From contig NC_058368.1 of assembly GCF_018350175.1 (NCBI RefSeq), forward strand, positions 230,022,001 to 230,086,000: 64,000 nt of DNA. Reading direction: 5' to 3'. The stretch comes from Felis catus. Its lineage: Eukaryota. The stretch's first letter is position 1. Each line of letters opens with the position of its first letter. Position numbers and translations under genes: made by a program. The notes under the pieces were generated by a model. That model did no database searches and was not told the origin of the DNA. It saw only the letters and a program-made list of their open reading frames with translations. Positions 1-12,485 of the stretch are shown piece after piece.

Positions 1-1837
1 CCAGCCACTTAACAACGTGTTAAGTGACTTAAACACCCTGAGTCTTCAATTTGTGTTGGTTGATGGAATATAATTTTGTAATTAGCAATGTGTACATTCC
101 TAATATGATGGTGTTTTTATATAATCTCAATGAATTATGTAAATGACTTACCTGTACGCTTACATTTTAGTTTTTACCTCATCACTAAATACCACGCATG
201 CTATAGTGTTCACTTTTAAAGACAATGCAATTAAAACCTTTAAATAATGTAATCAGGAGTCCACAACAAGCAATCAGCCTGAAATATGCAGTCAAATGGA
301 ATAAGAGGCAAACACTGCTCAGTGTTTGCGGGAAGGTAGACAAGTTGTTATTGCCTTATTACGCAAGATGTGGGCACAAGTGTCCCTTTGCTGTGCTTGA
401 AATGGGAAGCTCCATAGCCCTTCTCAGATTTTGGTTAGATTCATTTCCATTGTGGTCTCAAGGTTGATTTCATGGTAGGTATCTGATATACTAGCACTTT
501 GTCTTAGTCTTTAATCGTTAATGATGATATCATTCTATACTAGTTAGCAGAATATTTTTTAAAAATACAGTATGTGGTCATCTTTTGGGTTCATATTGTT
601 CTGTATGACTAGATTTTGGCTTTGCACTCATTTTTATTTCTGACTTCGACACCTGTGACCCTGCCTGCACGTGAGTCTAGTTGATTCCTAGGTCATCAGC
701 ATAGTCGTATTCATCTCCTTCTGTGCTATCCCTGGACCATAAATCTAGGGCTGATTACTTCCAGGGGACTGATGGCTAAATCCTAGTCGACTAGCATTTG
801 TGCTTCTACCTCGTATTCTCCTTGCTGAAGGAAGCTGCACTGACTTTTCTATTGGCCCCCCTTTCTTTGGTAGTAGCAGAATTTAGATGAGCATGTCCGT
901 GTTCACACAAATGACTGTTTTACTCAGGATGTATTCAACTGCATTCCTTGTACTCCTCTTGAATGTGTATCTGGAGTGAAGAGAGTATGTTTGTAATTTT
1001 AGCTAAAGTTTAAAAATTAATTTATAGTCTGTATCTAAACTCTTAGCAAACACACTATTAGAATTTTTTGTTGGCTTTATTGAGGTGTAATTTACAACTC
1101 ATAAAACTGTCCGATTTTAAGAGCATAATTCCACGAGTTTTAACTAATATATTTAGTCATGTGACCACCACCACCATCTGGATAGGAAACCTTGCCATCA
1201 CCCTGAAAAGTTCCCTTGTGCCACTTGAAAAATCAGTCCCCTCCGCCATCACCCCTTCCCCCCACCAACCATTGATTTGTTTTCTGTCATTCTACTTGTG
1301 TCTTTCCTAGAATTTCATGTACAGGGACTCAAAGAGTATTGCATCCTTTATGTCTGATTTCTTTTAGTTAGCATAATACTTTGAGATTCATCTAGGTTAT
1401 TGAGTGCATTAGTGTTGTATTAGTTTTCTTTTTTTTGCATAGTATTTTATTGTATTTGTTATCCAATCATCAGTTATTTCCATTTTTCATGAAGTATGAA
1501 TAAAGCTGTTAGTATCATTCAAGTGCAGGTTTTAGTGCAGAAATGAATTCATTCTCTTGGGCAGACACAGGAGGCAGAATGGCTGAGCCATATGCTAAGG
1601 GTATTTTTTTTTTTTAGGGAACTGCTGAACTGTTTTCTAAAATGCCTTGCCCATTTTGTTTTCCCTCTGGCAGTCTGCAAGCTTCAGTTCACCAACACTT
1701 GGTATTATCAGTCTTTTCCATTTGTAACAATTCTAGGAATTTGTTATGGTATCTCATTGTAGTTTGAATTTGCAATTCTCCAGTGTTTAAATATGTTGTG
1801 CATCTTTTAACATGCATATTTATCATTTGTATATTTT

Positions 1838-1981
1838 ATTTTTTATTTTTATTTTTAATTTTTATTTTTTTATTATAGAGAGAGGGAGCAAGAATGCAAG
1901 TGGGGGAAAGGGCTAGAGGGGGAGAGAGAGAGAATCTTAAGCAGGCTCCACACTCACTTGACTGAACCACCTAGGCACCCC
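1838..1981 (-). mobile_element. CAN-SINE with internal deletion
   Basis: T-rich tail, (GA)n, ends 'ccacctaggcacccc'; TSD tgtatatttt at 1828-1837 and 1982-1991. Confidence 0.85.
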
Positions 1982-2169
1982 TGTATATTTTGGTTTTTTG
2001 AAAGTGTTCATTGAAGTCATTTGCTCATCTTTTTTATCAAGTTGTCTGTCTTACTGTTATTGAGTTGTAAAAATTCTTTATGTATTTTGGAAATAAGTCC
2101 TATGTTAGATGTGTGTCCTGCAAGTATTTCCTCCAGTGTGTGGCTCCCCTTTTCATTTTATAGCAGTGT

Positions 2170-2185
2170 TTTTTTTTAATGTACT

Positions 2186-2217
<32 letters not shown>

Positions 2218-2385
2218 ACTCATATGCAAGTGGGAGAGGGGCAGAGAGAGGGAGAGAGAGAATCCCAAGCAGGCTCCACACCATCAGCACAGAGCCCAAC
2301 ACAAGGCAGGATCTCACAAAGCTTGAGATCATGACCTGAGCAGAAATCAAGAGTTGGACACTCAACCATCTGAGCCATCCAGGTG
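2170..2385 (-). mobile_element. CAN-SINE (SINEC_Fc type)
   Basis: (GA)n, 'gagatcatgacctgagc', 'tgagccatccaggtg'. Confidence 0.9.
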
Positions 2386-2569
2386 TTTTTTGAAGAGGAA
2401 GAGTTGGTGGTTTTGAGCAATTTTAACATATGCATACTTTTATCGTATACTTCATGTGTATGTGTCATTTTAAAGAAATCTTTGTCTAACCCATGATCAC
2501 AAAGATTTTCTCATATTTTCCTGCAGATGTTTTGTAAGTTTTGGTTTTACCTTGAGTCTGATTCATTTC

Positions 2570-2797
2570 TTTTTTTTTTTTTTAATTTTTTTTTCAACGT
2601 TTATTCATTTTTGGGACAGAGAGAGACAGAGCATGAACGGGGGAGGGGCAGAGAGAGAGGGAGACACAGAATCGGAAACAGGCTCCAGGCTCTGAGCCAT
2701 CAGCCCAGAGCCTGATGCGGGGCTCGAACTCATGGACCGCGAGATCGTGACCTGGCTAAAGTCGGACGCTTAACCGACTGCGCCACCCAGGCGCCCC
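2570..2797 (-). mobile_element. Young CAN-SINE (SINEC_Fc), CpG-rich
   Basis: Full length with poly-T; perfect 16-bp TSD gagtctgattcatttc at 2554-2569 and 2798-2813. Confidence 0.97.
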
Positions 2798-4015
2798 GAG
2801 TCTGATTCATTTCAAATTAACATTTTTTAAGTGGTGTGAAGTAACGTAGAGATTTGTTATTTTCCCTTTTTTGAATTTTTGAGTATGGTTACACCATTTG
2901 TGGAAAACCGTATCCCTTCCCTGTTGAACGGGATTTACCCCTTGGTTGAGAATTAATTCACTGTGTGAATGTGGTCTTCTGCTCTAAGTTTTAGAATACA
3001 AGTGTTCCTCAGTCATTCTAACAAGAAGGTTGGTAGAGTGGACTTTTGAGGACAAAATCCCTTCCCCAGGAAGGCAAAAGGCAATAAAGGACATACTGAT
3101 TCATAGCTGTTTTGTGAAGTGTCACTGACATTCATGTTTTAATCGTTTCAGCCATGTGGTCATTTCTCTGCATGCTACTGACAATCCGTTTTGAAGTCGA
3201 TTGTAATTTGTGTATGTTTGTTGTTGTTTGCTGTTGTTACTGCTGGATTTTTTTTGTTTTTGTTTTACAGATGGATGCTTCTAAAATATAAACCTTAAAT
3301 TATAGTATTACATAAAGCTTCAAGTATAGCACCTGGCATATAGTAATAGACTCTAAATAAATATCTGTTGAATGAATGCACATCTAATAGATACAGTTTT
3401 AGTTCCGTCATTGCATTTCACCTTGGAACTATTTTTGGTACAGATTTGGGACACCCAAAATTAGGGGTGGAGGCAAAAGAATTGTCATGAAATTCTTATC
3501 ATTAATTTTCCTTAACTGAAGAAGAATCATTTTGCTTTGTTTCCTTTTTTTAACACCTTATAAATCAAAATCACCAAAAATACCATACGTTTAAAAAACA
3601 TTCATAATAAATAATTTTTTCTAAATATTTCTATTCCATTCAAGTCTCCTTTTAGTTTGGTATTTGAAATGAAATCTGTTTAAGAAATTATACCTGAAAT
3701 TAAATCTCTTTAATGAAATACAACCTACTACACAGTGTATTTTGACTAATTATTGTCAATGAATAAAATGATACCATTGTCACCAATATTAAAATGAATT
3801 CCACGTCTCTTATGTAAATGAAAACAGTAGGATTATTCAATATTTTTACTCTAACCTAGAAAGTCATTTCACATTTGTGCCTTTTTCTTCTCAGTAAGCA
3901 GTTGATATGATCTGGTTTTTTAGAATAAAGTAGATAACTGGGAACTCCTATATTGCTGAATATTCTGTCTCAGTAAAGACAATCTTTTTTCTTATTTTAA
4001 GAATTGTTAACAGTG

Positions 4016-4250
4016 GGGGCGCCTTGGTGGCTCAGTTGGTTAAGTGTCCAACTTCAGCTCAGGTCATGATCTCACGGCTCCTGAGTTCGAGCCCGCATCG
4101 GGCTCTGTGCTGACAGCTCAGAGCCTGGAGGCTGCTTCAGGTTCTGTGCCTCCCTCTCGTCTGCCCCTCCTCTGCTCATGCTCACTCTTCCTCTCTCTCT
4201 TTCTTTCTCTCAAAAATAAATAAACATTAAGAAATTTTTAAATTAAAAAA
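4016..4250 (+). mobile_element. CAN-SINE
   Basis: ggggcgcc...tggctcag head, (CT)n, A-tail; TSD aagaattgttaacagtg / aagaattgctaacaatg. Confidence 0.95.
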
Positions 4251-4544
4251 AAGAATTGCTAACAATGTATTCTTCCGTACCATTCCTGCCTAATTTATCA
4301 CATTATATTCCAAATATCTGCACTTTTCCTTATTATATTTTCTTTCAGTCTCCTGAGCTCCAAGGTTTTTTGTCTTGTTTTGTGGTTTCTTTTTGTTTTT
4401 GGTTTTTTTGGCATTCATCCCTAATTCCAATTCCTATTATATATCTCACTGATATTATTCCTGTGTGCACCTGAGTGCACACACATATGAGTATACATCA
4501 TTTTGCAGCAAGAGAGAACCAACTCATCTAGTTCTAAACTGGTG

Positions 4545-5045
4545 CACCCTCTCCTCCTTCAAATATCAGCTTTAATGCTAACTCCTCAAAAAACTTCGCT
4601 AGAATAAATCCTCCAGTTATTCTGGATCACAGTGACTTAATGACTTTCTCTCTGAAGTTATTCAAATGTGTAATTTTAAAACTGTATGTAATTGTTAATC
4701 TATCTCTTCTAATAAAATATAAGATCCTCGGGCGCCCGGGTGGCTCTGTCTGTTCTGCCTCCAACTTCAGCTAGGGTCCTGATCTCTCAGGTTGTGAGTT
4801 TGAGCCTTGCATTGGGCTCTCTGCTGTTAGTGCGGAGCTTGCTTTGGATCCTCTGTCTCCCTCTCTCTGCCCCTCCTCTGCTTCACATGAATGCTCTTTC
4901 TCTCTCTCTCAAAAATAAATAAACGTTAAAAAATATAAGTTCCTGAGGGTAGGGACCATTTGTCTTTCCTGCTTTGTGTCCCCGTCACATAGAATCGGGC
5001 CAAACACATTTAGAGGTGTGTTAAGCATTAATGAAATTAAATTGA
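4545..5045 (+). mobile_element. L2 3' fragment hosting a SINE
   Basis: 'aagttcctgagggtagggacc...tgtccccgtcacatagaa' resembles the L2 3' terminus. Confidence 0.55.
4730..4930 (+). mobile_element. CAN-SINE
   Basis: Canonical head and A-tail; TSD aaaatataagatcct / aaaatataagttcct. Confidence 0.92.
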
Positions 5046-7252
5046 AAACAAAGACGTGTCAAGTTTCTAAACTTTAGTGTTTTTGTCTAAAAAAAAAGAA
5101 AGAACAATAGACTCCTCTGAGGATCCAAAGAGATCTCACCTAGAGGCCCTTGGCACGCACCCTAAGACATGGTAAATCCTCCATGTATGAAAGGTCACAT
5201 ACCCTTTTCACTTCTTTACTTCTCTAAGGAAGTAAAAATAATCCAGTGCAAATTCATGAATGTGTGCTTCTCCTAATTTGACATTTTCCTCTATAAAATA
5301 AAGAGCAGTCTGCCTGGAGGTCAAAAGTCTCATTCCTTGTATGGAGGAAGGAGTATTTCCACTGGAAAATTCTCAAAGACCAACAGGGTGATTTAAGTTT
5401 CTTATTCGTGTTCAGTGGGGACAGTTTGCCAGTAACTATTCTGATGATGCCAAAAATAAACTTGTCATTTTGTTAATGTTACTTTGAAGGACATAATTGT
5501 AGTAGACTAAAAATATTAACAATGAAAGAAAAGGTTTTAAGAGGTGGAAATCTTACATGTTTTGGAGTAGAATACCTGTTTTAATCATTCTGAAGTTAAT
5601 GTGAAAGGTATCAGTGTTATTTACTAGTTTGCTTTTCTCCCTTAAGGGTTTTTTTTTTTCCTCCCTTGATATAACTATCTCAACTCTGTTTTGAAGTAGA
5701 CGAAATATAAATAAATGCTTAAGAAGATGCCGTTGTATGAATGTGGGAAACCTTTCGGAACTGTGCTTTTGTGGGGAGAGTTTTGCCTCTGTCAAGGCCA
5801 TGTTTTTCTAGAAAGCACTGAAAAGAGCCATAAGCAATATTATCATTTTAGCCATTTTCACTATGGGGTCAGTTCAACCAATTGTGCCATTTAGAATGAT
5901 TGGAATAAATCCTTATCGACAAAAACTGTTCTGTTTACGAGCTGTCATGAATTCAACCGACAACTCTATTTTAGAAAAGGATTCATCAGGTCTTTCTTAG
6001 GTCATCACAGTATTAACTACAAAACTTGTTAGGTGTATTTGCTTTCTATTGATGTTTTATGTTAGGCTGGCTAGTCTCTTATCCCCAATCAATGATACAG
6101 CCATCATGTTTTATGTTGGTAAGAAAATAAGTTCATTTAATTTTCGATAAATCTTTGCTTGGGAAACATACATTCAATATAAATTCCAATATAAAAAGAG
6201 ACATAATTTTAAAGCATATTTAGAGCTTGAGGAACAAGTCACATTATTCCTTACCAGGATTTTATGTTAGGTAACATTTGGCAAATCCGTAAGAAGGCAC
6301 AGGTGTTTTGTTCTCTTTTCCCTAAGTGAGCATGATGATATAAATGCAGTATTTAAGGCCACGTTATTCCTATTTAAAGACTATTGGATTTTAAAGTCTG
6401 CCTTTGACAAATTTTTTTTTAGTTTTATTTTGAAATGAGGATGAATATTTCATTTTAAAAGGAGTATATTTTGTTTGTAGATTATATGTGTGACCCACAA
6501 AGGCTTTGGAATAAGGGATGGGAAGGTGCTTAAAGGTGGTTATGAAACAAGCCAACTATAGCAGGCTTCATACACATGAAATCAACTCCAAATTTGTAAT
6601 ATAATTTCAATACATTTATTAATATATTTATTATCTTATTAATGTGTTATATAAATTAATATAATCTAAATACAATTTAAAATATAATTACCAGTAATTA
6701 TCCATCAATGTGTGTGTATACGTGTGTGTCTGTATCACAAAATTATTTCCTAAGAAGTGCAAATATGGTAGTCTGAAATTTGATATTTATTTTTACATAA
6801 TCTCCTTAACACTGATTTCACATGTTTACCTATGGCAGAATTAGTTTAGAAAGATACATGTGACTGTCTGTATATATGAATGTGTGTATGTACACAAGCA
6901 TGCACACATTCATCCATGGGGACTTGAGTGCATGACAGTGAGCCAGGTCATCGGACTGGACTTGACCCTCTGGCAGGAGGCAAGGTCAAGTGGACCAGAT
7001 ATTGGCTAACAGTCATGTTTTCTGTAGCCATAAACAGTTGCCCTGGGGCCACATCGGGACTACTACAGCTCGAGCCCCAAATGCAGGCTTTGGCATCGGG
7101 AATGCTAGGAGTTGGGTGTCAGAGCCACCAGGCTGCGTGTCACCTGTCACTAGAGCATCTTCAGGATCCGGATACAGAGGGGCTGTGATGTCACAGGAAC
7201 AAACATGGGATGCAGTCAGCCGCAGGTATTAAGATATGGACCCAGTGACCTA

Positions 7253-7795
7253 TAGTTTTAAAATGTAGGTTTTATTATTATCCAGGTGTGATGAGTTCAA
7301 CAGATCAGGGGTTGCATGTCACGGAAAAGATACTTACTCATAATTCAGAGAGTTTCCAAGGAGAGGGCCTGTTCCACACAGTGCGGGGCCTTACAGGTAG
7401 AGGCCAGGATTTGTCAGGAGGCACACGGAGCAGCAGGTAAATGTGGGCAAGAACCTTTGTTGTGGTTTCTGTGGGAAGGAGCAGGGGAGGCAGGGGAAGC
7501 AGGTGTAGGATTGCCTACCTTCTAGAATAATGTCACTGGGCTTTGTGGTGCAGGAACTGCCCTAGGTTGTCTGGTTCACGGCTCTGGGGTGATTGAGGCA
7601 AGAGAGTGAGACAGCCTGATAGACGGCAGGCTGTGTGGACCCAGGACTAATTTTCACATGAAAGGCACACTCCAGGGCGAGGCACTGTCTCCAGGAATTG
7701 GCTAGTCCTGGGAGCAGTGGTCTCTGTAGGGTCTGAAAGGCCCCAAGATGTCAAAGCATCAGAATTACAGAAAATAAAAAGAACTGATCAATACA
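7253..7795 (-). mobile_element. Solo ERVL-class LTR, MER74-like
   Basis: Reverse complement starts 'tgtattgatcag...tgatgctttgacatcttggggcc...ctagccaattcct' and ends 'aataaaacctacattttaaaac', matching my recollection of MER74-family LTRs. Confidence 0.65.
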
Positions 7796-7870
7796 CCTGC
7801 GATACGTAATACTCTTGGAAAGAATAACAATAATAATGATAGAAGCTACTATTTTCAAAGATTTTGAGAT

Positions 7871-8118
7871 TTATATTTATTTATGTATATTTTTAAATTG
7901 TTTAATATAATTTTTGTCAAGTTAGCTAACATACACTGTATATGGTGTGCTCTTTGTTTCAGTAGTTTCCCATGATTCATCGCTTGCATACAATACCCAG
8001 TGCTCATCCCAACAAGTGCCCTCCTCAGTGCCCATCTCCCATTTTCCCCTCTCCCTCTCCATCAACCCTCAGTTTGTTCTCTGTATTTAAGAGTTTCTTA
8101 TGGTTTGCCTCCCTCTCT
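7871..8118 (-). mobile_element. Carnivore L1 3' UTR fragment, 5'-truncated
   Basis: 'cccagtgctcatcccaacaagtgccctcct...tggtttgcctccctctc' is the reverse complement of the felid L1 3' UTR. Confidence 0.9.
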
Positions 8119-8147
8119 GAGATGCAAAATACCATTGATTAAACTTT

Positions 8148-8361
8148 AAAAAAATGTTTTTAACATTTATTTATTTTTGAGAGACAGAGAGAAACAGAGC
8201 ACAAATGGAGGAAGGATAGAGAGAGACACACAGAATCCAAGTAGGCTTCAGGCTCTGGGCTATTAGCTCAGAGCCTGACACGGGGCTCAAACCCACAAAC
8301 TGTGAGATCATGGCCTGAGCTGAAGTCAGACGTTTAACAGACTAAGCCACCCAGGCACCCG
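8148..8361 (-). mobile_element. CAN-SINE
   Basis: TSD attgattaaacttt at 8134-8147 and 8362-8375. Confidence 0.95.
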
Positions 8362-8995
8362 ATTGATTAAACTTTTTGTTGTTGTTGACATTAAAATGCA
8401 TTTGGTACATTATTTTTTAAACATTTCTTGAAAATGTACTTAAAAATAAATATAAAGTATGTTTGGCCTCAAATTCCAATGAATATAAACTGAAAATGAG
8501 CTATGCCACCAAATAAAGTGCACCGGCAAGAAATGGTCCCTGCTTTGTAAGACAGTGTAGAAATGTAAGACGTTGAGAAGGGTACTATGGTGGTAACTGC
8601 AAAGTTCAAACAAGAAGATGAGTCATGTGAATTCTTTCTTATGTGAAATTTCCAAATGGCCACCAATTTGGATGCCCATTCCTTGAGAACCAACAGATGG
8701 CACCAGTAGTTAGTGGAGAAGGGTTATGACTCTAGCTAAGTGAAAAAATTGAAGGTTCCCAGATCCTTGTGCAGCTTGAAGAAACTGGGATGTTCTGAAT
8801 AGTGTCATTTTTATATACCTACTTAAGCCAAAATGCTTGTACCTTCTGTTTGGAATGTTTATCTAAGTTCCTCTGCCATCGTGGAAACAAGTTCAGAAAT
8901 TTAAAATCTGTTAATTATGACCCACGTTGAGAGTGCAGACAGGCCCTGATCGGCAGAGACCCTTGGGCATGAGATTTAAAAAGCTAAATAATGAA

Positions 8996-9213
8996 AACGG
9001 AGAGGGAGGCAAACCATAAGAAACTCTTAAATACAGAGAACAAACTGAGGGTTGATGGGGCTGGGGGTGGGGAAAATGGGTGAGTGGCATTAAGGAAAGC
9101 ACTTGTTGGAGTGAGCACTGGGTGTTTTATGTAAGTGATGAATTCTACTAGGAGGATTCTACTCCTAAAGGAAGATGACACTGTAAATTAACTAACTTGA
9201 GAATTAAAAAAAA
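8996..9213 (+). mobile_element. Carnivore L1 3' UTR fragment, 5'-truncated, with poly-A
   Basis: 'gagagggaggcaaaccataag...' to poly-A; 18-bp TSD aaaaagctaaataatgaa at 8978-8995 and 9214-9231. Confidence 0.93.
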
Positions 9214-9867
9214 AAAAAGCTAAATAATGAATAACGCACCAGGACCACAAATCAGCTGTACTTTCAGACTATGGCTAGGACAAGGCAAGGGAAGGGTTGT
9301 ACATTGAGAATATATTTTGAATGGTTTTCATTTTTAAGATTCTTAAGTTGTAGTGCTTATAAATACAAGCCATACACCAGAAAACTCCAGACAGAAGATA
9401 CTGGTTTTTTAAAACAATGACTCTCTTATTAATTTTGCAAGATTCTAACTTGGACTCAAACATCTCCTAAAGCTACGCATATTTACTAACAAGAAGTTGG
9501 AGAGAAGCATAATATAGTTTTCAGTTAATCAATAATAACTTTACTGAATTTATTTTATTTTTAGCAAGAAAATAGCTTTTAATTGATAAAATAATGTGCT
9601 GATAAAATGAGGGTGCAAATGATGTGAAATATATGTGGGAGGCTCATCCAATTACTAAAGTGCTGCCTGGGTCATAGTTGCAATGTTTCTTTTAAGTAGA
9701 ACAGGCTAGAATGATTTGATTATTAAGAAAACTGATGTGCATTGTGCCACTGATCAAGATTTTTTTTTTTGTTAACAACTCAGATGGTCAGAACATGGAA
9801 AGAATGAAAGGCTTCAGGAGTATTTTACCAAATTACATACATTATCACTGAACTCCACAGTCTATGA

Positions 9868-10051
9868 GTGTATGTGTGTATATGTATACGTTCATATGTA
9901 TATGTATGTGTATGTACATATGTATATGTATATGTGTATATATGTGTGTACATATGTATATATGTGTATATATACATACGCATATACAAATGTGTATATG
10001 TATATATACACGTATACACGTATATACATATATACACATATATATGTGTAT
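9868..10051. repeat. Compound (TA/TG/CA)n alternating purine-pyrimidine microsatellite
   Basis: Read directly; produces the YICV-rich spurious ORFs. Confidence 0.97.
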
Positions 10052-10253
10052 GGTGAATGTGGTATTGTGATGAGGTTTCCTAAAAACAATACGCAGCATA
10101 ATGTCAGCGAGGTGTTAAAAAGAGAAGTGACTAAAAACTTCTTCCTTTTTGAATGTAACCATGACCCAAACTAACATGAGGCTATGTATCTGTTATTAAT
10201 CCTGGTAAACACAAGTGATGGCACATACTTTTGTGGAAACTTCAGTGTGCTGA

Positions 10254-10343
10254 TTCTGGGTGCTTTTCCTTGACTCCATTATATACATATAGTAATATCT
10301 TTGTAGTCAAAAATTCTTAATTCAGAAATACATCTAGTCCCAA
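10254..10343 (+). repeat. 90-bp direct repeat, copy 1 (copy 2 at 10770-10859)
   Basis: Ungapped manual alignment, 9 mismatches in 90. Confidence 0.92.
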
Positions 10344-10769
10344 GGGTTTTGTATAAGGGACTTGTCGAGCTGTAATTGATGGAGAGGATGCTTTAACATT
10401 TTTCAAATGATGTGAAATGAACATCAAAACCCAAGTACCTGGTGTGGTCAGATATAAATGGGATAAAGAAAACCTGACAGGTTTAAGTAGAGAAGGACAG
10501 AGAAAAAGATAAGGGTACAAGGTAGGTGGTAAAATGGCTAAATACGTGCAAAGCAAAGGAGTAAATCTTTTAGCAGACTTAGGAGATAGATTAGCCATCA
10601 TTTTGTAGTCTATTACTGTAATTACTTAAGTTCCACTAACATCTGTTTTCCCATCCATAAAATGGGGGCAGTGACGTCTCCTCTGCCAGTCTGTGTTGTT
10701 TGCATGTGCCCAGGGATAGAAACCTTTGTCTGGGATAATAAATTAGTGATTCTGTGCTCCACCTCCATT

Positions 10770-10859
10770 TTCTGGGTGCTTCTCCTTGACCCCATTATAT
10801 ATGTATAGTACTATCTTTCTAGTCAAAAATTCGTAATTCAGAAATACATGTATTCCCAA
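10770..10859 (+). repeat. 90-bp direct repeat, copy 2
   Basis: Matches 10254-10343. Confidence 0.92.
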
Positions 10860-11169
10860 TTTACAATGTCTATCAGCATACTCATGATTCTGAGAATCCC
10901 ATAATGAAGACTCTTGTTCACCTGTGACCCAGTATGTACCGGAATTATTTCCCCAGAACCCTTGTGGAAGTACTGCTCCCTGGCTGCCATTTTGGGAAAT
11001 GGCTCACAATCTGTAGCACACCCAGGAACTAAGGTCGAGTCATATTTTATTCATATTCATATTCATGTGCTCCTGATCTTAAAAAAAAAAGGAACCTAGC
11101 ATAATAGCTGTGCAATAAATGTTTGTTGCGTGATCACTTGAAAATTATTCTTAACAAAGCATGCATTTC

Positions 11170-12485
11170 GGTAAACATACTCCATAAATGCTGAATGAAT
11201 GATGGATGAGCTAAGAAATGGCAGCATAGATGGCAAAAGATGAATCACGTTTAGGGGCTGTGATATAAGCACCCTGTGGGCGTTAGATGGGATGAGAATA
11301 AATTGCCACTAGGGATCCAGCTACTGAGAAATGCCCTGGAATGTCTCTGCAGGAGTGAGAAATAATGAAGATGGTGTCACTAGAGGTAAATGAAGGGTCA
11401 TATTCGATAGACCCTCTTGAACTTGGAAATAAATGTTGGAAGCAAATAAGAGAGAAGAATCAAAGCTAACATCACAGTTTTTAGCCTGGATGACAAGAAG
11501 AATGTAATGCTATAAACCAGGATAGGGAAGCTAGAAATAGGAGCATTTGTGTTATGAACATGATTTTTAGTAACCCTTTGGTTATCCATGGAGGTAGTAG
11601 ATGATTGGAAATGTATTTCTGGGATTTTATAGAAAATTTGGGAAAAGAGGATCAGAAGGCTGATACACATAGGTATGCTTGATGATGCTTTGGGGATCGA
11701 CAAAATTAATGGAAGAAAACATGTGAAGGAGAATCAGTCCTTGCCAGCAGAACCCAGAAGAATGCCTGTATTTAAAGGGGAAGCAAGCAGGGATAAGAAG
11801 ATTGGCATAAAGAAATAGCACAGAGGCAGAAATTAGGATAGTATTAACATCAAGGCCAAGGTATGTGAACTGTGTCAAGAAGGACGAGTCATCAACAGTC
11901 ATATACTGCAGATATGAAATTATGAGTCTCAGGAAGACAGCCACACTTGGGAATTAGGAAACCATTAGTCATGTTCAACAAAGCGGCACTGTAGAGTGGC
12001 AGTGATAGAAACTTTTTGCGGTGGACTAAGATAGGGATGGATGAAAGGAATAGAGGGACCACTTTGATATGCTTGGCAAAAGTCATAGTGGAATTATTTT
12101 GACAACACACACACACACACACACGCACACACACACAACCCCCTGTTACCACCACCTCCCAAAATGATGACACACAGATTTAGATACTAATGTGTGGTGT
12201 CCAGCTGTAGTTCATTGAATTCATTGTAAAAAGTGAGCATTTTTGTAGGGAGAAAAGTGTCCAATGGAGAGAACAAGATTGGAAATGAAAGGCAAGGTAA
12301 GGTTGACTCAGGAAGCGAGGCCCTAGAGGAAGCCATCTGAAATGTGACCACGAACCCAGGGAGAGGGAGGAAAAGGTCTTGACTGTAGGAGGAAAGAATG
12401 GAGGCTGAAGACTCAGATGGATTTTGAAGTATAGGGAAGTAAGAAATTGCTGCTATGAGTTGATCATCATCTGTTGAAAGCAGAG
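11170..12485 (-). mobile_element. Degenerate L2 LINE
   Basis: Purine-rich L2-reverse motifs such as 'ttttagcctggatgac', 'gaaaccattagtcatgttcaacaaagcggcactgtagagtgg'. Confidence 0.6.
12136..12226 (+). repeat. 91-bp direct repeat, copy 1 (copy 2 at 13788-13878), abutting (CA)n at 12105-12137
   Basis: Ungapped manual alignment, 11 mismatches in 91. Confidence 0.92.

Larger units (their letters stand above)
1065..2975 (-). mobile_element. Old L1M-type LINE-1 3' region, interrupted by three CAN-SINEs
   Basis: Begins 'ctttattgaggtgtaatttaca...catcaccctgaaaagttcccttgtgcc', the reverse complement of a typical old eutherian L1 3' end; L1-like text resumes after each SINE. Confidence 0.8.

Noticed and set aside
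6..26. Perfect 9-bp hairpin cacttaaca-acg-tgttaagtg
   Set aside because: Short, inside MIR-like sequence, and expected occasionally by chance.
146..280. Strong minus-strand donor CAG|GTAAGT
   Set aside because: No convincing paired acceptor, and the adjoining sequence is AT-rich and not coding-like.
9825..10174. Overlapping ORFs rich in Y/I/C/V/H/T
   Set aside because: Translations of the TA/TG microsatellite.
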